In this document: positions 37,255-47,302 of the stretch, piece after piece
How positions within the stretch are numbered: position 1 is the stretch's first letter
Layout: the number at the start of each line of letters is the position of its first letter
Assembly (NCBI GenBank): GCA_002343185.1
Contig: DDRT01000001.1
Span: forward strand, 400,215-464,214
DNA length: 64,000 nucleotides
Direction: 5' to 3'
Source: Deltaproteobacteria bacterium UBA2409
Lineage (GTDB): Bacteria; Bdellovibrionota_C; UBA2361; DDRT01
Made by a program: the position numbers and the translations under genes
Notes under the pieces: generated by a model
The model's input: only the letters and a program-made list of their open reading frames with translations
Told to the model about the DNA's origin: nothing
Databases searched by the model: none

Positions 37255-38781
37255 CTAGCCCTCTTCCGGAATCCCACCTGGTAAATCAGGTAATTTTTGG
37301 TTTAAGAGTTCAACTACGGCACGAAAGACTCTTCGTGCTTCGAATGATACTGATCCGTTGTTGCCGCAATCTGCATATAAAGCAACTGGAGAATCATGGG
37401 CAGCTTCGATGGGAGAAACAGCAAAGCTCTTACTACCAAATGGGGAGTGAGCACTTTTCTTGCTTCCAAAACTTTGTACTTTGGTAAAACACTGAGCAAG
37501 TGGGGAGAGAGGATCAGTGATATCAAGTGATAACCCTTTTTCGACAACAGGGCCTCGTGCTGCAACAACTTTTGCAGTTCTTTTATCTGGGGAAACTACA
37601 ATCAGGGCAGATTTTTCAAATAAACCATCTTGAAGAAGTATAGATAAAAGAGAGCTTAAAAGTTCTTCACTAGACTGAACTGAGCTTAGTGAATCGAAAA
37701 GTGCTCCTACAATCTTATTACCTCTATTTCCTGGCATCTGTGGAGGTATCACCATCGAAGGTTTTGAAGAAGGTGGAGGCGCTGGTGGAAATTCAACCTC
37801 TGTAGTTACAACGGTAGTATCTGAGAGAAGTCCAAAAATCTCATCTTCAAGTGATGGAATAGATTGAGCTTCTATGGATCCCATTGATTGCTCTCTCAGT
37901 AAATCGGCTTTCTTTTTCTCTTCTATCATTCTTACCTGATAGAGGTATTCACTTGCTCTTTCGTAAACTTTTAAGTACTGGCCATCTGTCATTTGAAGTA
38001 GTCTTAAATGACTCTTTGAAGATAAAGTTTTTCCTGGAGCAAGCCTTTCCCATTTGTTATTATCAAAAGCATCAACCATTTCAGCCGCTGAGTTTACAAG
38101 TGGCTTCATAATTGCTCTTTCTGGAGCCCTGTTCATTGCTTCCCGATCTAGTGCAAAAAGAAGTGCCTCAGGTATTCCGTTTCTTCTAAGATATAATAAA
38201 CCCATTCTTTCAACATCAAATTTTGATTCTTGAGCCAGCCTGTAGTTAATCCCAGATCTACTAAGCTCTTCTGCTAATTCAACGTATTTTTCCTGAAAGA
38301 ATCCAACTGCAAGAAGTTCGCCCATTCCTACTAAGAGCCCAGCTGCCTGGCAGTCATCGCTAAGTTGCTTTGCTAGGGCTTCGGAAAGTATTCTTGATAC
38401 TATCGCTGTTCTTTTCATTCTGCTTCTATGTAGATTAACCCAGTGTTGAACCTCTTCGTTGTCAAATTGTGGACGATCCAAAAGACTCTCAAGGAGTTCC
38501 CTGACAACCTGAGAGCCAAGTCTAACTATAGCTGTTGTGGTAGATGTAATAGGAGGTCGTCCGCCAGAGAAATAAAGTGCGTTTGCCTGTTTAAGAAGTT
38601 CAATAACAAGAATAGGATCTTGAAGGCAACAAGTTGCTAAGTCTTCGACTCTCACTTTTGTGTCAGCGACTAGTTTTCTAGCCTCGGCCCAAATTAAACT
38701 GTCTGGAGGAAAATGTAGAGTAAGGGCACCTGATAGTCCTTTGACCCCTTCTGTCTGAACTTCGGATTCCTCGTCCTTCAT
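37255..38781 (-). CDS. HDOD-domain signalling protein (508 aa).
   Basis: The N-terminal ~250 aa resemble the HDOD (HD-related output) domain. The C-terminal half is unassigned. Confidence 0.5.
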   Translation of the reverse strand: MKDEESEVQTEGVKGLSGALTLHFPPDSLIWAEARKLVADTKVRVEDLATCCLQDPILVIELLKQANALYFSGGRPPITSTTTAIVRLGSQVVRELLESLLDRPQFDNEEVQHWVNLHRSRMKRTAIVSRILSEALAKQLSDDCQAAGLLVGMGELLAVGFFQEKYVELAEELSRSGINYRLAQESKFDVERMGLLYLRRNGIPEALLFALDREAMNRAPERAIMKPLVNSAAEMVDAFDNNKWERLAPGKTLSSKSHLRLLQMTDGQYLKVYERASEYLYQVRMIEEKKKADLLREQSMGSIEAQSIPSLEDEIFGLLSDTTVVTTEVEFPPAPPPSSKPSMVIPPQMPGNRGNKIVGALFDSLSSVQSSEELLSSLLSILLQDGLFEKSALIVVSPDKRTAKVVAARGPVVEKGLSLDITDPLSPLAQCFTKVQSFGSKKSAHSPFGSKSFAVSPIEAAHDSPVALYADCGNNGSVSFEARRVFRAVVELLNQKLPDLPGGIPEEG

Positions 38782-38906
38782 CAGTAATACAGTCGGCAGA
38801 TCGCCCTAAAAACTTTACGTAGAAAATATGAGTTTAGAGCAGCTAACCCACTGATTTTATTGATCCCTTGCAGGTAGCTCTTTTCGTAGGTACTCTCATT
38901 TTCGCT

Positions 38907-40298
38907 ATGAATACAAGAATTGAAAAAGACTCGATGGGTGAAATGGAAGTACCAAATGATGCACTTTGGGGAGCTTCAACGGAAAGAGCAGTCAGAAATT
39001 TCCCGATTAGCTCACTAAGATTCCAAGGCGCTTTTATATCTAGCTTAGGAACTATCAAGGCCGCAGCAGCTGAAGCAAATCAAAAACTGTCCTTGCTGGA
39101 TCCTGAAAGAGGTGGGCTTATTATTAAAGCAGCAGAAGAAGTTATCGAAGGAAAACTAAGTAATCACTTCGTGTTAGATATTTTTCAGACTGGCTCTGGA
39201 ACTTCTACAAACATGAACGCAAACGAAGTAATTGCAAACAGGGCACTTGAGATCTCAGGTAAAGGAAGAGGGGAGAGGAATTACATTCACCCTAATGATC
39301 ATGTAAATATGAGCCAGTCTTCAAATGATGTCATTCCTACTGCCATATCGGTTTCAGCATTATGCGAAGTAAAGAAAAATCTTTTGCCATCTTTAAAGGA
39401 GCTACATAAAGAGCTTGATTCGTGCTCAAGAAAATTTTCTGACGTGATTAAATCTGGAAGAACACACTTGCAGGATGCAACTCCTATTACTTTAGGACAA
39501 GAATTTTCAGGATATGCAGCTCAGATTGAACTTGGAATTGAGAGAATCGAGAGAGCTTTTGAGAGGCTTTCTGAGCTTGCTCTTGGCGGAACAGCCGTAG
39601 GGACTGGTTTAAACACACATCCAGATTTTCCAAAACTTGCGATTGAAGCGATCAGTAGAAGAACAGGGATAACTTTTAAAGAGACAAGAAATCACTTTCA
39701 AGCTCAAGCTGCACAGGAAAATAGCGTTGAGCTTAGTGGTAGCTTACGAGCTACAGCACTTTCTCTTCTAAAAATTGCAAATGACATCAGGATGCTTGGC
39801 TCAGGACCAAGATGTAACATCTTCGAACTTCAGCTTCCTGAGATTCAACCTGGTTCAAGCATTATGCCTGCCAAAGTTAATCCAGTTGTTTGTGAATCAG
39901 TTATGATGGGGGCTGCACACGTTGTTGGGTGTGACGCTGCTATAGTAGTTGGGGCTCAACATGGAAACTTCGAACTAAATACAATGCTTCCAGTTATTGG
40001 ATATAATCTCCTTTGTTCGATTGAAGTTTTAGCTGGAATTTCAAGAAACTTTGCACGTAAGTGCATCTCAGGTCTTGAGGCAAATAGGGATAAGTGTCTT
40101 GAGTACGCTGAGAAAAGCTTAGCCACCTGCACATCACTAGCTCCAATAATTGGATATGATGCGGCAGCTAAAGTAGCTAAACAGGCATATCTTGAAGATA
40201 AAACTGTGAGACAGGTCGTTGAAGAGCTTGGGCTTCTTGATAAGGATAAAGCTGCCCAAGCACTGAATCTTATGAATATGACAAAACCTGGGCTTTAA
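38907..40298 (+). CDS. fumC: Class-II fumarate hydratase / aspartate ammonia-lyase family enzyme (FumC-like).
   Basis: N-terminus EKDSMGEMEVP…LWGAST, signature FQTGSGTSTNMNANEVIANRA, and SS-loop GSSIMPAKVNPVVCES. The N-terminal motifs are FumC-like while the SS-loop is closer to AspA, so substrate assignment is ambiguous. The likely start is the internal Met (MNTRIEKD). Confidence 0.75.
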   Translation: MNTRIEKDSMGEMEVPNDALWGASTERAVRNFPISSLRFQGAFISSLGTIKAAAAEANQKLSLLDPERGGLIIKAAEEVIEGKLSNHFVLDIFQTGSGTSTNMNANEVIANRALEISGKGRGERNYIHPNDHVNMSQSSNDVIPTAISVSALCEVKKNLLPSLKELHKELDSCSRKFSDVIKSGRTHLQDATPITLGQEFSGYAAQIELGIERIERAFERLSELALGGTAVGTGLNTHPDFPKLAIEAISRRTGITFKETRNHFQAQAAQENSVELSGSLRATALSLLKIANDIRMLGSGPRCNIFELQLPEIQPGSSIMPAKVNPVVCESVMMGAAHVVGCDAAIVVGAQHGNFELNTMLPVIGYNLLCSIEVLAGISRNFARKCISGLEANRDKCLEYAEKSLATCTSLAPIIGYDAAAKVAKQAYLEDKTVRQVVEELGLLDKDKAAQALNLMNMTKPGL

Positions 40299-40759
40299 TG
40301 AACCATCCCACTTGCGCGGGCAACTTTTGGACCCTCATCAATAAAAGTGATTGATGTATCATCAAATCTGTTTCTTCGTCGTCTAATTTCATCGTGGAGT
40401 GTTCTTGCAAGGCGCATCCTAAAAAGTGCTCCGTGATAGTATGAATAAAGTGCTAAGCCTGACCCAAAAAGTGCAGTTGCAGATAAAAGTATAAGAATAG
40501 AAGCAAAGTATGGAAGTCTTATTAGTGAAGCTACTAATATGCAGGCCAGGCTAGTAGCAATCAAAGGGATATAAGTTGCATGAGAAAATCGCTTTCTATT
40601 TAAAAAAAGTGGGAATCTTGATGGTGAAGTAGAAAGAAGATCTTCTAAATATGACTCGAGGATTTCAACTGGAATAAATGAAACAGCTACTCTAAATCTA
40701 TTCGGATTTCCGTCACATGAAACTAAAGATGTGCCGATTACTTTGTATTGATCCCGCAT
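40295..40759 (-). CDS. Hypothetical membrane protein (154 aa, two TM helices).
   Basis: Central hydrophobic pair (LIATSLACILVASLI / ASILILLSATALFGSGLALY). Confidence 0.4.
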   Translation of the reverse strand: MRDQYKVIGTSLVSCDGNPNRFRVAVSFIPVEILESYLEDLLSTSPSRFPLFLNRKRFSHATYIPLIATSLACILVASLIRLPYFASILILLSATALFGSGLALYSYYHGALFRMRLARTLHDEIRRRRNRFDDTSITFIDEGPKVARASGMVH

Positions 40760-40922
40760 AACTTAGGAGATTGTACTTAATTCTTAAATCTTAGTCGAAG
40801 CGGAAACTTGGAAAATCGTAAGTAGCTGAAAAGATTAAGGGAGCCTTTTTAAGAGCTCCCTTAAACGCTGCGATACCCAGCAGCATGGGGTGTGTGTTGA
40901 GGGAAGTGTAAAACCTAAAAAC

Positions 40923-41267
40923 TTATGCAGCCTCCTTTATTTCGCTTCTCATTAAATACCATGGGGCAAGTCTGCTTTCTCCCCGTTTTGGCATGGCTTT
41001 AATCTGTTTGCTAATCTCTGTCTGATCTAAATCCAGCTGTTCGCATACCCAAGGAAACGAGAACTCTGGGTAAGGAGTCTCTGTTGGAGGATTAAATATC
41101 CAAGCCTCTGCTTCCTCAGAGTCCTTTCTATTGTTGCCAGCAAGATCGAGCATGGCGCGCTCTAGAACAGCTAGAATAAGCCTTCGTTCTGGAGAGCCAG
41201 TAGCATTTGGCTCATCATATGTGTCATCTTCGTTAGAAAACATAATTTCAAACCTTTCTCTCTTCAT
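40923..41267 (-). CDS. Hypothetical acidic protein (114 aa).
   Basis: Clean ORF. A hairpin (AAGGGAGC…GCTCCCTT) downstream at about 40838-40868 is a likely terminator. Confidence 0.35.
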   Translation of the reverse strand: MKRERFEIMFSNEDDTYDEPNATGSPERRLILAVLERAMLDLAGNNRKDSEEAEAWIFNPPTETPYPEFSFPWVCEQLDLDQTEISKQIKAMPKRGESRLAPWYLMRSEIKEAA

Positions 41268-41300
41268 ATCTTTAATGTTTATATAGACGAAGGAAGTAAG

Positions 41301-41825
41301 ATGTTATTCAACAATTTTCGAATATTTTTTTTCTTAAGTCTTTTCATGATGTTACAGAATGGCTTTTGTCAAAAGAAAGAAGAGCCTCCTAAGGAGCCTG
41401 AAGTTAAGCCATCTATAGCGGTTTGTAGAAGCGAAGTTAGGTATACATGGAAGCCAACAGGGGATGCTAAGGATTCCCCAGGCCTAGACGTTAGCTACGC
41501 CATAGTGGAAGCAAGAGGAGACTCGGAGGAAGAGGCTAAAGTAGCCCTTTCAAGGAGAGTAGCTGGGGAGAGAAGTGCGGCTTCAAATAGATGTCGTCAT
41601 ACTCATGAGAATCTAGCAGGATGTATCTCTACAAAGTACGCCTCAATGACGTCTATATTAAATGCTTTAAGTTTTGGTGCTCGTGGGGAACTTGAAAAAG
41701 CAATAGCTCAGGATTGCGGTAAGCAAACAGGAAGATGTCTTACCACTGCAAGCTCAGAGCCTGAGTGTTCAAAAGAAGAGATTATTGCTGAAGCCTCGGA
41801 GGCTGCTGCTGAGGAGAAGAAGTAG
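41301..41825 (+). CDS. Secreted hypothetical protein (174 aa).
   Basis: Signal peptide, then a Lys/Glu/Pro-rich region. Several Cys residues. Confidence 0.4.
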   Translation: MLFNNFRIFFFLSLFMMLQNGFCQKKEEPPKEPEVKPSIAVCRSEVRYTWKPTGDAKDSPGLDVSYAIVEARGDSEEEAKVALSRRVAGERSAASNRCRHTHENLAGCISTKYASMTSILNALSFGARGELEKAIAQDCGKQTGRCLTTASSEPECSKEEIIAEASEAAAEEKK

Positions 41826-41829
41826 CAAG

Positions 41830-41934
41830 CGGGGGTCAGGCCGCCCTATTGTTGCTTCATCCGCTGGCGCGGATGATAGAACCCTGACCAGGCAAGCATT
41901 ACGTCTGGTCAGGCCTTCCGGCCTGACCCCCAAG
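41830..41934. repeat. Family-1 palindromic element, dimer with an extra internal hairpin (CATCCGCTGGCGCGGATG).
   Basis: GGGGGTCAGGCC…CCTGACCAGG … CTGGTCAGGCCTTCCGGCCTGACCCCCAAG. It overlaps the last ~9 codons of the convergent 376-aa ORF. Confidence 0.7.
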
Positions 41935-43039
41935 TAGAACTCGTTGCACCAAGAAAATTTTCAAGAACAACTAGCTCACTAGAATGTTGTATTGCCTTAG
42001 AACCTGTCACTAGGTTCTCACCCTCTTTAATAATTGTTCCATCTTTTCTGATAAAACATGGCATTAGAGGTGGCAGTTTTCTGAGTTCATCCAGTATTGC
42101 AATCATAATGGAATCATCAGGATCTTTTAGTTTTAATGCCTTTCTTCGGAGTTCTAAAACATAATAAAGACCCTCTTGGAAAAGTTCTCGTATTGAGTTG
42201 CTTGAACTAGCTTTTTCAAGAGCAATGTTAATGCAGCCTACTATAAACTCTTCACCGATTTTTATCTGTTCAATCTCATAAAAGGGCAGATTAAAATGTA
42301 CGACCAAAGCATTTAAAATAAGTGCCAATTCTTCTCGGTCATCATCCTTAAAGTTAACAAGGAGACCTGCACTAGCTTTAAGTTCAGATTTTGGTTCTTT
42401 AAATTTATCAATTTTTTTCGGGCTTATAACTTCGGATGCAAACTCAAGATCTGGGATTCCTTCCGCAGCGAGCCTTTTTAGTTTGTCCTGGTAGCTATCC
42501 TCTTCTAATGCACTGGGGGTTGAAACTGTTGGTATACTCAAAACTTGATAAAAAACTTCAGGACTTGTTTCAAATAGAAGAGCTAAAATTCGACCTAAGG
42601 CAAAAAACTTATCAGGGTCTTCATGAGAGATTAAAATCCATGTGTGTCCCTGATCTGGTGTGTAAAAGCCTGGTGCCGGCGGAGCATCCGTAGGTTCTTC
42701 GTTCGTTTCTACAGTAACGTAAGCCGATAGGATTAAAGACAGAACTTTAAGATCAATAACTTTCAGTATTTTTTGGAGGATTGAAAGCCCACCTTCATCA
42801 TCGTCTAAGAGTAGCCATGAAAAGAAATTTTCTTCGCTAACTTTATCTTTATTCCATAAATCTAAGTCCAAAAAAGTTCTGGTCTGCTCCAGAGTTGCGA
42901 GCATTATAAGCTCTACTGAGCTCTCAAGCCCTTGATCTTTTATGCAATAATATAGTGTCTGAGCAGGTAGCGATTTTACAACCACCTCTGGAGCTTCAGC
43001 TGAATAGATAGTGGTTATTAGATCTTTTGATTTTATCAT
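41909..43039 (-). CDS. Hypothetical protein (376 aa), translationally coupled downstream of infC.
   Basis: The start overlaps the infC stop by 1 nt. No recognisable motif. The C-terminal codons lie inside the repeat element. Confidence 0.45.
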   Translation of the reverse strand: MIKSKDLITTIYSAEAPEVVVKSLPAQTLYYCIKDQGLESSVELIMLATLEQTRTFLDLDLWNKDKVSEENFFSWLLLDDDEGGLSILQKILKVIDLKVLSLILSAYVTVETNEEPTDAPPAPGFYTPDQGHTWILISHEDPDKFFALGRILALLFETSPEVFYQVLSIPTVSTPSALEEDSYQDKLKRLAAEGIPDLEFASEVISPKKIDKFKEPKSELKASAGLLVNFKDDDREELALILNALVVHFNLPFYEIEQIKIGEEFIVGCINIALEKASSSNSIRELFQEGLYYVLELRRKALKLKDPDDSIMIAILDELRKLPPLMPCFIRKDGTIIKEGENLVTGSKAIQHSSELVVLENFLGATSSTWGSGRKA

Positions 43040-43617
43040 TACTTCTTGCTTTGCTTAGCTGGAGCAAGAACTATATGAATCTGTTTTCCTTGAGTTGGAG
43101 AACGCTCATCAACCTGAGCAACATCAGCTAGGCGTTCGATTATCTCATTAAACTTCTTAACTCCAAGATCTACATACATAGCCTCACGGCCACGAAAGCG
43201 CATTGAAAACTTAACTTTATCGCCATCTCCCAAGAACTCTCGGGCATGCTTTAACTTAGTTTCAAGATCTCCAACATCAGTTCTGTATCTGATCCTTAAC
43301 TCTTTGACAGTGTTGTCGGTTCTCTTCTTTCTAGCCTCAGCCTCTTTCTTCTGCTCTCGATATTTGAACTTTCCATAGTCCATCAGCTTACAAACAGGGG
43401 GTTTGGCACCTGGTGCTACCTCGACTAAGTCCAAGCCTAAGGAATCAGCCTCCCTTAGTGCCTGAGCTATTCCGACTACTCCTAACTGCTCACCCTGAGC
43501 CCCAATGAGCCTCACCTCTCTAGCAGTTATTCTGTTATTTATTCTGTGTTGCTCATCTTGCTGAGCTGGGGGTCTGTTGCCCCTTGGACGCCCGCCGCCA
43601 CTTTGGTTACTAAACAA
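43039..43617 (-). CDS. infC: Translation initiation factor IF-3.
   Basis: Strong similarity to IF3 throughout (…EVRLIGAQGEQLGVV…DLVEVAPGAKPPVCKLMDYGKF…RFRGREAMY…IHIVLAPAKQ). It carries a basic Gly/Arg/Pro N-terminal extension. The true start codon may be non-ATG, as is typical for infC. Confidence 0.85.
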   Translation of the reverse strand: MFSNQSGGGRPRGNRPPAQQDEQHRINNRITAREVRLIGAQGEQLGVVGIAQALREADSLGLDLVEVAPGAKPPVCKLMDYGKFKYREQKKEAEARKKRTDNTVKELRIRYRTDVGDLETKLKHAREFLGDGDKVKFSMRFRGREAMYVDLGVKKFNEIIERLADVAQVDERSPTQGKQIHIVLAPAKQSKK

Positions 43618-43664
43618 ATATACCTCTCATAGATTCTCTATTGAACATTAACATGAAAAACAAA

Positions 43665-44633
43665 TCAATTGTTGACCATTCTTTCTATCGGCTCACTGGA
43701 AAGTTCCCTTAAGACCTCTAACCCCTTTACCCCACTATGAAACTTAATTCTATGTAGAAGGACACATGGCAAAAGGGTAACCAGATCATCCTCTGTAGCA
43801 TAGTCTCTGCCCTCAATCAGTGCCCAGGATCTTATTGCTCTTTGAAGCATTAGGGCTGCTCTTGTAGAGGCTCCAAATTGTATTAGGGGGTGAGATCTAG
43901 TTCGCTGAACGATATCCACAATTGCTTCCTGTATAGAGGGGTGTACCTTAACTGACCTAGCAAGCTTTTGAAGATCGAGAACCTCTAATCTTGAGGTAAC
44001 AGGATCTATATTCGATGCGTTATTTATTATTGCCTCTTCATTTTCAAGGATCTCCTTTTCGGTCTTTGGATCTACATAAGACATCGGGATCTTTAGAAGA
44101 AACCTATCTAACTGAACAGAAGGCAGAGGATGAGTGCCTGCAACGTCAAGAGGATTTTGGGTTCCTACAACAAAGAATAAGCTATCTAATGGATATGTAA
44201 CTGAATCGATCGTTACCTGTTTCTCAGCCATGCACTCTAAGAATGCTGCCTGGACTTTAGGACCTGTACGATTAATCTCATCCGCTAAAACTATATGTGC
44301 AAAAACTGGCCCATAAACGAATCTAAAATCCCCAGTTCTTGGTTCAAAAATATTTACTCCAAGAACATCACCTGGGAGAAGATCCGGTGTGAACTGGATT
44401 CTTCTAAATGGGGCTATGTAATCTTTTACCCCCTGTCCCTGAGAGATTAGCCTTCCAAGTGTTTTGCAAAGTGTCGTTTTTCCAGAGCCTGGGTAGTCTT
44501 CGAGTAATACATGACCGTCAGCAATTAGCCCACAAACAACGAGGGCGACTGTATCATCTCTGCCTCTTATGACGCTTTTTAGCCCTGATAGTATTTTATT
44601 AACAACAAGTTGACCCTGTTCGAAGCTTTCCAT
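43665..44633 (-). CDS. MoxR-family AAA+ ATPase.
   Basis: Walker A YPGSGKTT, Walker B LLADEINR, and MoxR-specific C-terminal helical region. Length 322 aa. Confidence 0.85.
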   Translation of the reverse strand: MESFEQGQLVVNKILSGLKSVIRGRDDTVALVVCGLIADGHVLLEDYPGSGKTTLCKTLGRLISQGQGVKDYIAPFRRIQFTPDLLPGDVLGVNIFEPRTGDFRFVYGPVFAHIVLADEINRTGPKVQAAFLECMAEKQVTIDSVTYPLDSLFFVVGTQNPLDVAGTHPLPSVQLDRFLLKIPMSYVDPKTEKEILENEEAIINNASNIDPVTSRLEVLDLQKLARSVKVHPSIQEAIVDIVQRTRSHPLIQFGASTRAALMLQRAIRSWALIEGRDYATEDDLVTLLPCVLLHRIKFHSGVKGLEVLRELSSEPIERMVNN

Positions 44634-44712
44634 GTATTTGGTGAAACTACAGTATATCAGCCTATTATAACAAGATATAGCTCTAGAAATATTACTTGGA
44701 TTAGGGGAGAAT

Positions 44713-45882
44713 TTGAATGATATGAAAGAATCAATAGTACTTTGTAGCCCTAAAAGAACCCCGATCGGAAGCTTTCTAGGATCGCTTTCTAGCCTTTCAG
44801 CTGTAGACTTAGGAGTCTCCTGTGTGAAGAGTGTTTTAGAAGAGAGTAAACCTTCAAAAGTTGATGAGTTAATTGCAGGCTGTGTCCTTCAAGCAGGTAC
44901 CAAGCAGGCTCCAGCTAGACAAATTGTGAAGGGAGTAGGGCTCCCAGATTCAACTCAAGCGATGACAATAAATAAGGTTTGTAGCTCAGGACTTAGGGCG
45001 GTTCAGTTAGCTGTGCAGAGTATTTTAGCAGGATCCAGTGAGATCATTATCGCTGGTGGAATGGAGAGTATGTCTCAGGCTCCTTATATTTTAAGAGGCA
45101 TGAGATCAGGCGCAAGACTTGGGCACTCAGAAGCTCAAGATGTAATTCTAATTGATGGCCTTTTAGATGCGTTTGATGGATCTCATATGGGGCTATGTGC
45201 AGAAGCATGTGCAGCAAAGTATGAATTCTCAAGAGAAGCACAAGATCGGTATGCGATTAACTCCTACAGGAAAGCTCAAAGTGCAAACTTTGAAGGTGAG
45301 ATTTCTCCTGTAGAGATCAAAGGTAAGAAGGGATCAGAGTTTATAAAAACTGATGAAGAGCCTACCAAAGTAAACTTTGAAAAAATTCCAGAGCTAAGAC
45401 CAGCTTTTGATAAGGCTGGAACAGTGACTGCTGCAAATGCATCATCAATAAATGATGGAGCATCTTTTATGATTGTAACAACTGAGAGTGTTGCTAAAAG
45501 AGAAGGGTTAACTCCTGTTGCAAGGGTTCTATCGATTGGTTGGTATGGACAAGAACCTAAATGGTTTACTACTGCTCCTGTTGGAGCAGTAAATATGGCT
45601 TTATCAAAAGCAGCCCTAAAGCTAAGTGATATAGATCTTTTTGAGATTAATGAAGCATTCTCTGTGGTAGCCCTTGCATGTCAAAAAGAGCTAGGCATTC
45701 CAGATGAAAAGCTAAACATTAATGGAGGAGCTGTAGCACTAGGGCACCCAATAGGAGCTTCTGGGGCACGAATTCTTACTACCCTGATCCATTCATTAAA
45801 GAGAACCGGAAAGAAAAGAGGAGCCGTAGGTATTTGTAATGGTGGGGGTGAGGCTACCAGTATTATCGTCGAAATAGCTTAA
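44713..45882 (+). CDS. Acetyl-CoA C-acetyltransferase (thiolase II).
   Basis: Thiolase signatures: active-site Cys region INKVCSSGLRAV, and C-terminal NGGAVALGHPIGASGARIL and GICNGGG. Confidence 0.85.
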   Translation: MNDMKESIVLCSPKRTPIGSFLGSLSSLSAVDLGVSCVKSVLEESKPSKVDELIAGCVLQAGTKQAPARQIVKGVGLPDSTQAMTINKVCSSGLRAVQLAVQSILAGSSEIIIAGGMESMSQAPYILRGMRSGARLGHSEAQDVILIDGLLDAFDGSHMGLCAEACAAKYEFSREAQDRYAINSYRKAQSANFEGEISPVEIKGKKGSEFIKTDEEPTKVNFEKIPELRPAFDKAGTVTAANASSINDGASFMIVTTESVAKREGLTPVARVLSIGWYGQEPKWFTTAPVGAVNMALSKAALKLSDIDLFEINEAFSVVALACQKELGIPDEKLNINGGAVALGHPIGASGARILTTLIHSLKRTGKKRGAVGICNGGGEATSIIVEIA

Positions 45883-45946
45883 TAATCCCTTATAGTTAGC
45901 ATAGTTTAAGAGCACTAGGAACTTTAACTCATACAATTGTTCTGTT

Positions 45947-46705
45947 TTGCCGATAGTCATATCCATGACAGATGCTCTGCCTACTCTATTTGTGTCTACA
46001 AGCAGACTTACTTGTAACAGCATGATAGAGGCTTTAAAGCCCGAATATCCATGTTCTCCAGTTTTGGTTGTGAATTCATTAGCAGAAGGATTTCAGCAGC
46101 ACTTGGAGCAAGAATTTAGATTATGTTTCGTCTTTGAAGGATTTGAATCAGAGTACTCTGCATTTTTTAGAGATATCAAAGCGATGGGACGGGATAAGAC
46201 CTGTCATTTTATTCTTGTAACAGAAACTGAAAAATTTAATCCGATATCAGAAGAGCTAAAAGAAACAGGATTTGCAGGTTGGATATGTAATCAGGTAACA
46301 AAAGGAGACAAGCAAACTGTTTGGGAACTTTTTGAAAGAGAAAGACAGGTAGAAGTTATAAAAGAGCGATGCGTCGATATGACTGAGACTGTAAGAGCTG
46401 CACTTCGAACGGTTGATACAGCTGCTAAACATTTGAAGCGCGGTAGATTTAAAAGAGTGGATCAGGTTCTTAAAACCTTTATTAAAGGAAGTACAAAACT
46501 TGATGATTCCGTGATGGAATCTTATCTTAAGGCTCTACAGCTTCAAAGTGACGAGGCTTCTCCATTTAAAAATCTTCATATGAAGGTTCCTGAGCCATGG
46601 AAGCAAAAACTTCCTGAGATGGAAGATGATGGTTACAAGGGTGTTAGTAACCGAACCTGGGAGAGACTCAGAAAGAGATGGGGTAAGCCTGGGGAAGAGA
46701 AGTAG
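45947..46705 (+). CDS. Hypothetical protein (252 aa).
   Basis: Clean ORF with no motif. Confidence 0.35.
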   Translation: MPIVISMTDALPTLFVSTSRLTCNSMIEALKPEYPCSPVLVVNSLAEGFQQHLEQEFRLCFVFEGFESEYSAFFRDIKAMGRDKTCHFILVTETEKFNPISEELKETGFAGWICNQVTKGDKQTVWELFERERQVEVIKERCVDMTETVRAALRTVDTAAKHLKRGRFKRVDQVLKTFIKGSTKLDDSVMESYLKALQLQSDEASPFKNLHMKVPEPWKQKLPEMEDDGYKGVSNRTWERLRKRWGKPGEEK

Positions 46706-46720
46706 GATGGCCTAACCTCA

Positions 46721-47302
46721 TCAATTCAACTGAAACTCAACTGGAATCAAAAGTGAGATCTGTTCTTGTTTAAATCCCTCAGGAAAATTTGGAAATGGTG
46801 CAGCTCTTTCTGCCATAAGTATAACTTCTGAATCAAGAACATCGTAACCAGAAGATTTTGAAAGCTCTGATTTTAAAAGACTCCCTGTATCTCCAATCGT
46901 GATTGATAGAATTGCGGTACCAGTAATCCCTCTTTTTTGTGCTGATCTTGGATAACGTTTTTTAGACTCAATACTTGAAAGAACTATCTGTTCGTAACTT
47001 GCAGAACCTAATTTAGATTCTTCCGATCTTACTTGAGGAGCTTCTACGGAAGCTGTTCTGGTACCAAAAGTATTTTCAGAAACTGGTTTAGAGGCTGTTA
47101 TCTTTTTAGAATTTATTTTAGTTGATTTGATTTTAGGTTTTTCCGTTGGAAGATCTTTTATAGGGATAGAAGGGGGTACCTTTTCCTCAAAGACAAGAGC
47201 AACATCTATTAGTTTCGTATGGGAAGTCTTTGCGGTGTCTAAATTGAAAATTATGGCTGCGTGAACGATAGTTGAGATAATAATTGACGCAAACCACTTC
47301 AT
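46721..47302 (-). CDS. TonB C-terminal-domain protein.
   Basis: N-terminal TM anchor, Pro/Lys-rich spacer, and a C-terminal TonB domain (…KRYPRSAQKRGITGTAILSITI…). Divergent from the TonB-dependent receptor gene. Confidence 0.6.
   Translation of the reverse strand: MKWFASIIISTIVHAAIIFNLDTAKTSHTKLIDVALVFEEKVPPSIPIKDLPTEKPKIKSTKINSKKITASKPVSENTFGTRTASVEAPQVRSEESKLGSASYEQIVLSSIESKKRYPRSAQKRGITGTAILSITIGDTGSLLKSELSKSSGYDVLDSEVILMAERAAPFPNFPEGFKQEQISLLIPVEFQLN

Noticed and set aside
37314-38640. Small ORFs on both strands inside the HDOD gene (37314-37568, 37884-38111, 38443-38640).
   Set aside because: They are alternative-frame or antisense ORFs within a single long CDS.
38843-39058. 71-aa minus-strand ORF at the start of the fumarase gene.
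   Set aside because: It is antisense to the fumC N-terminus.
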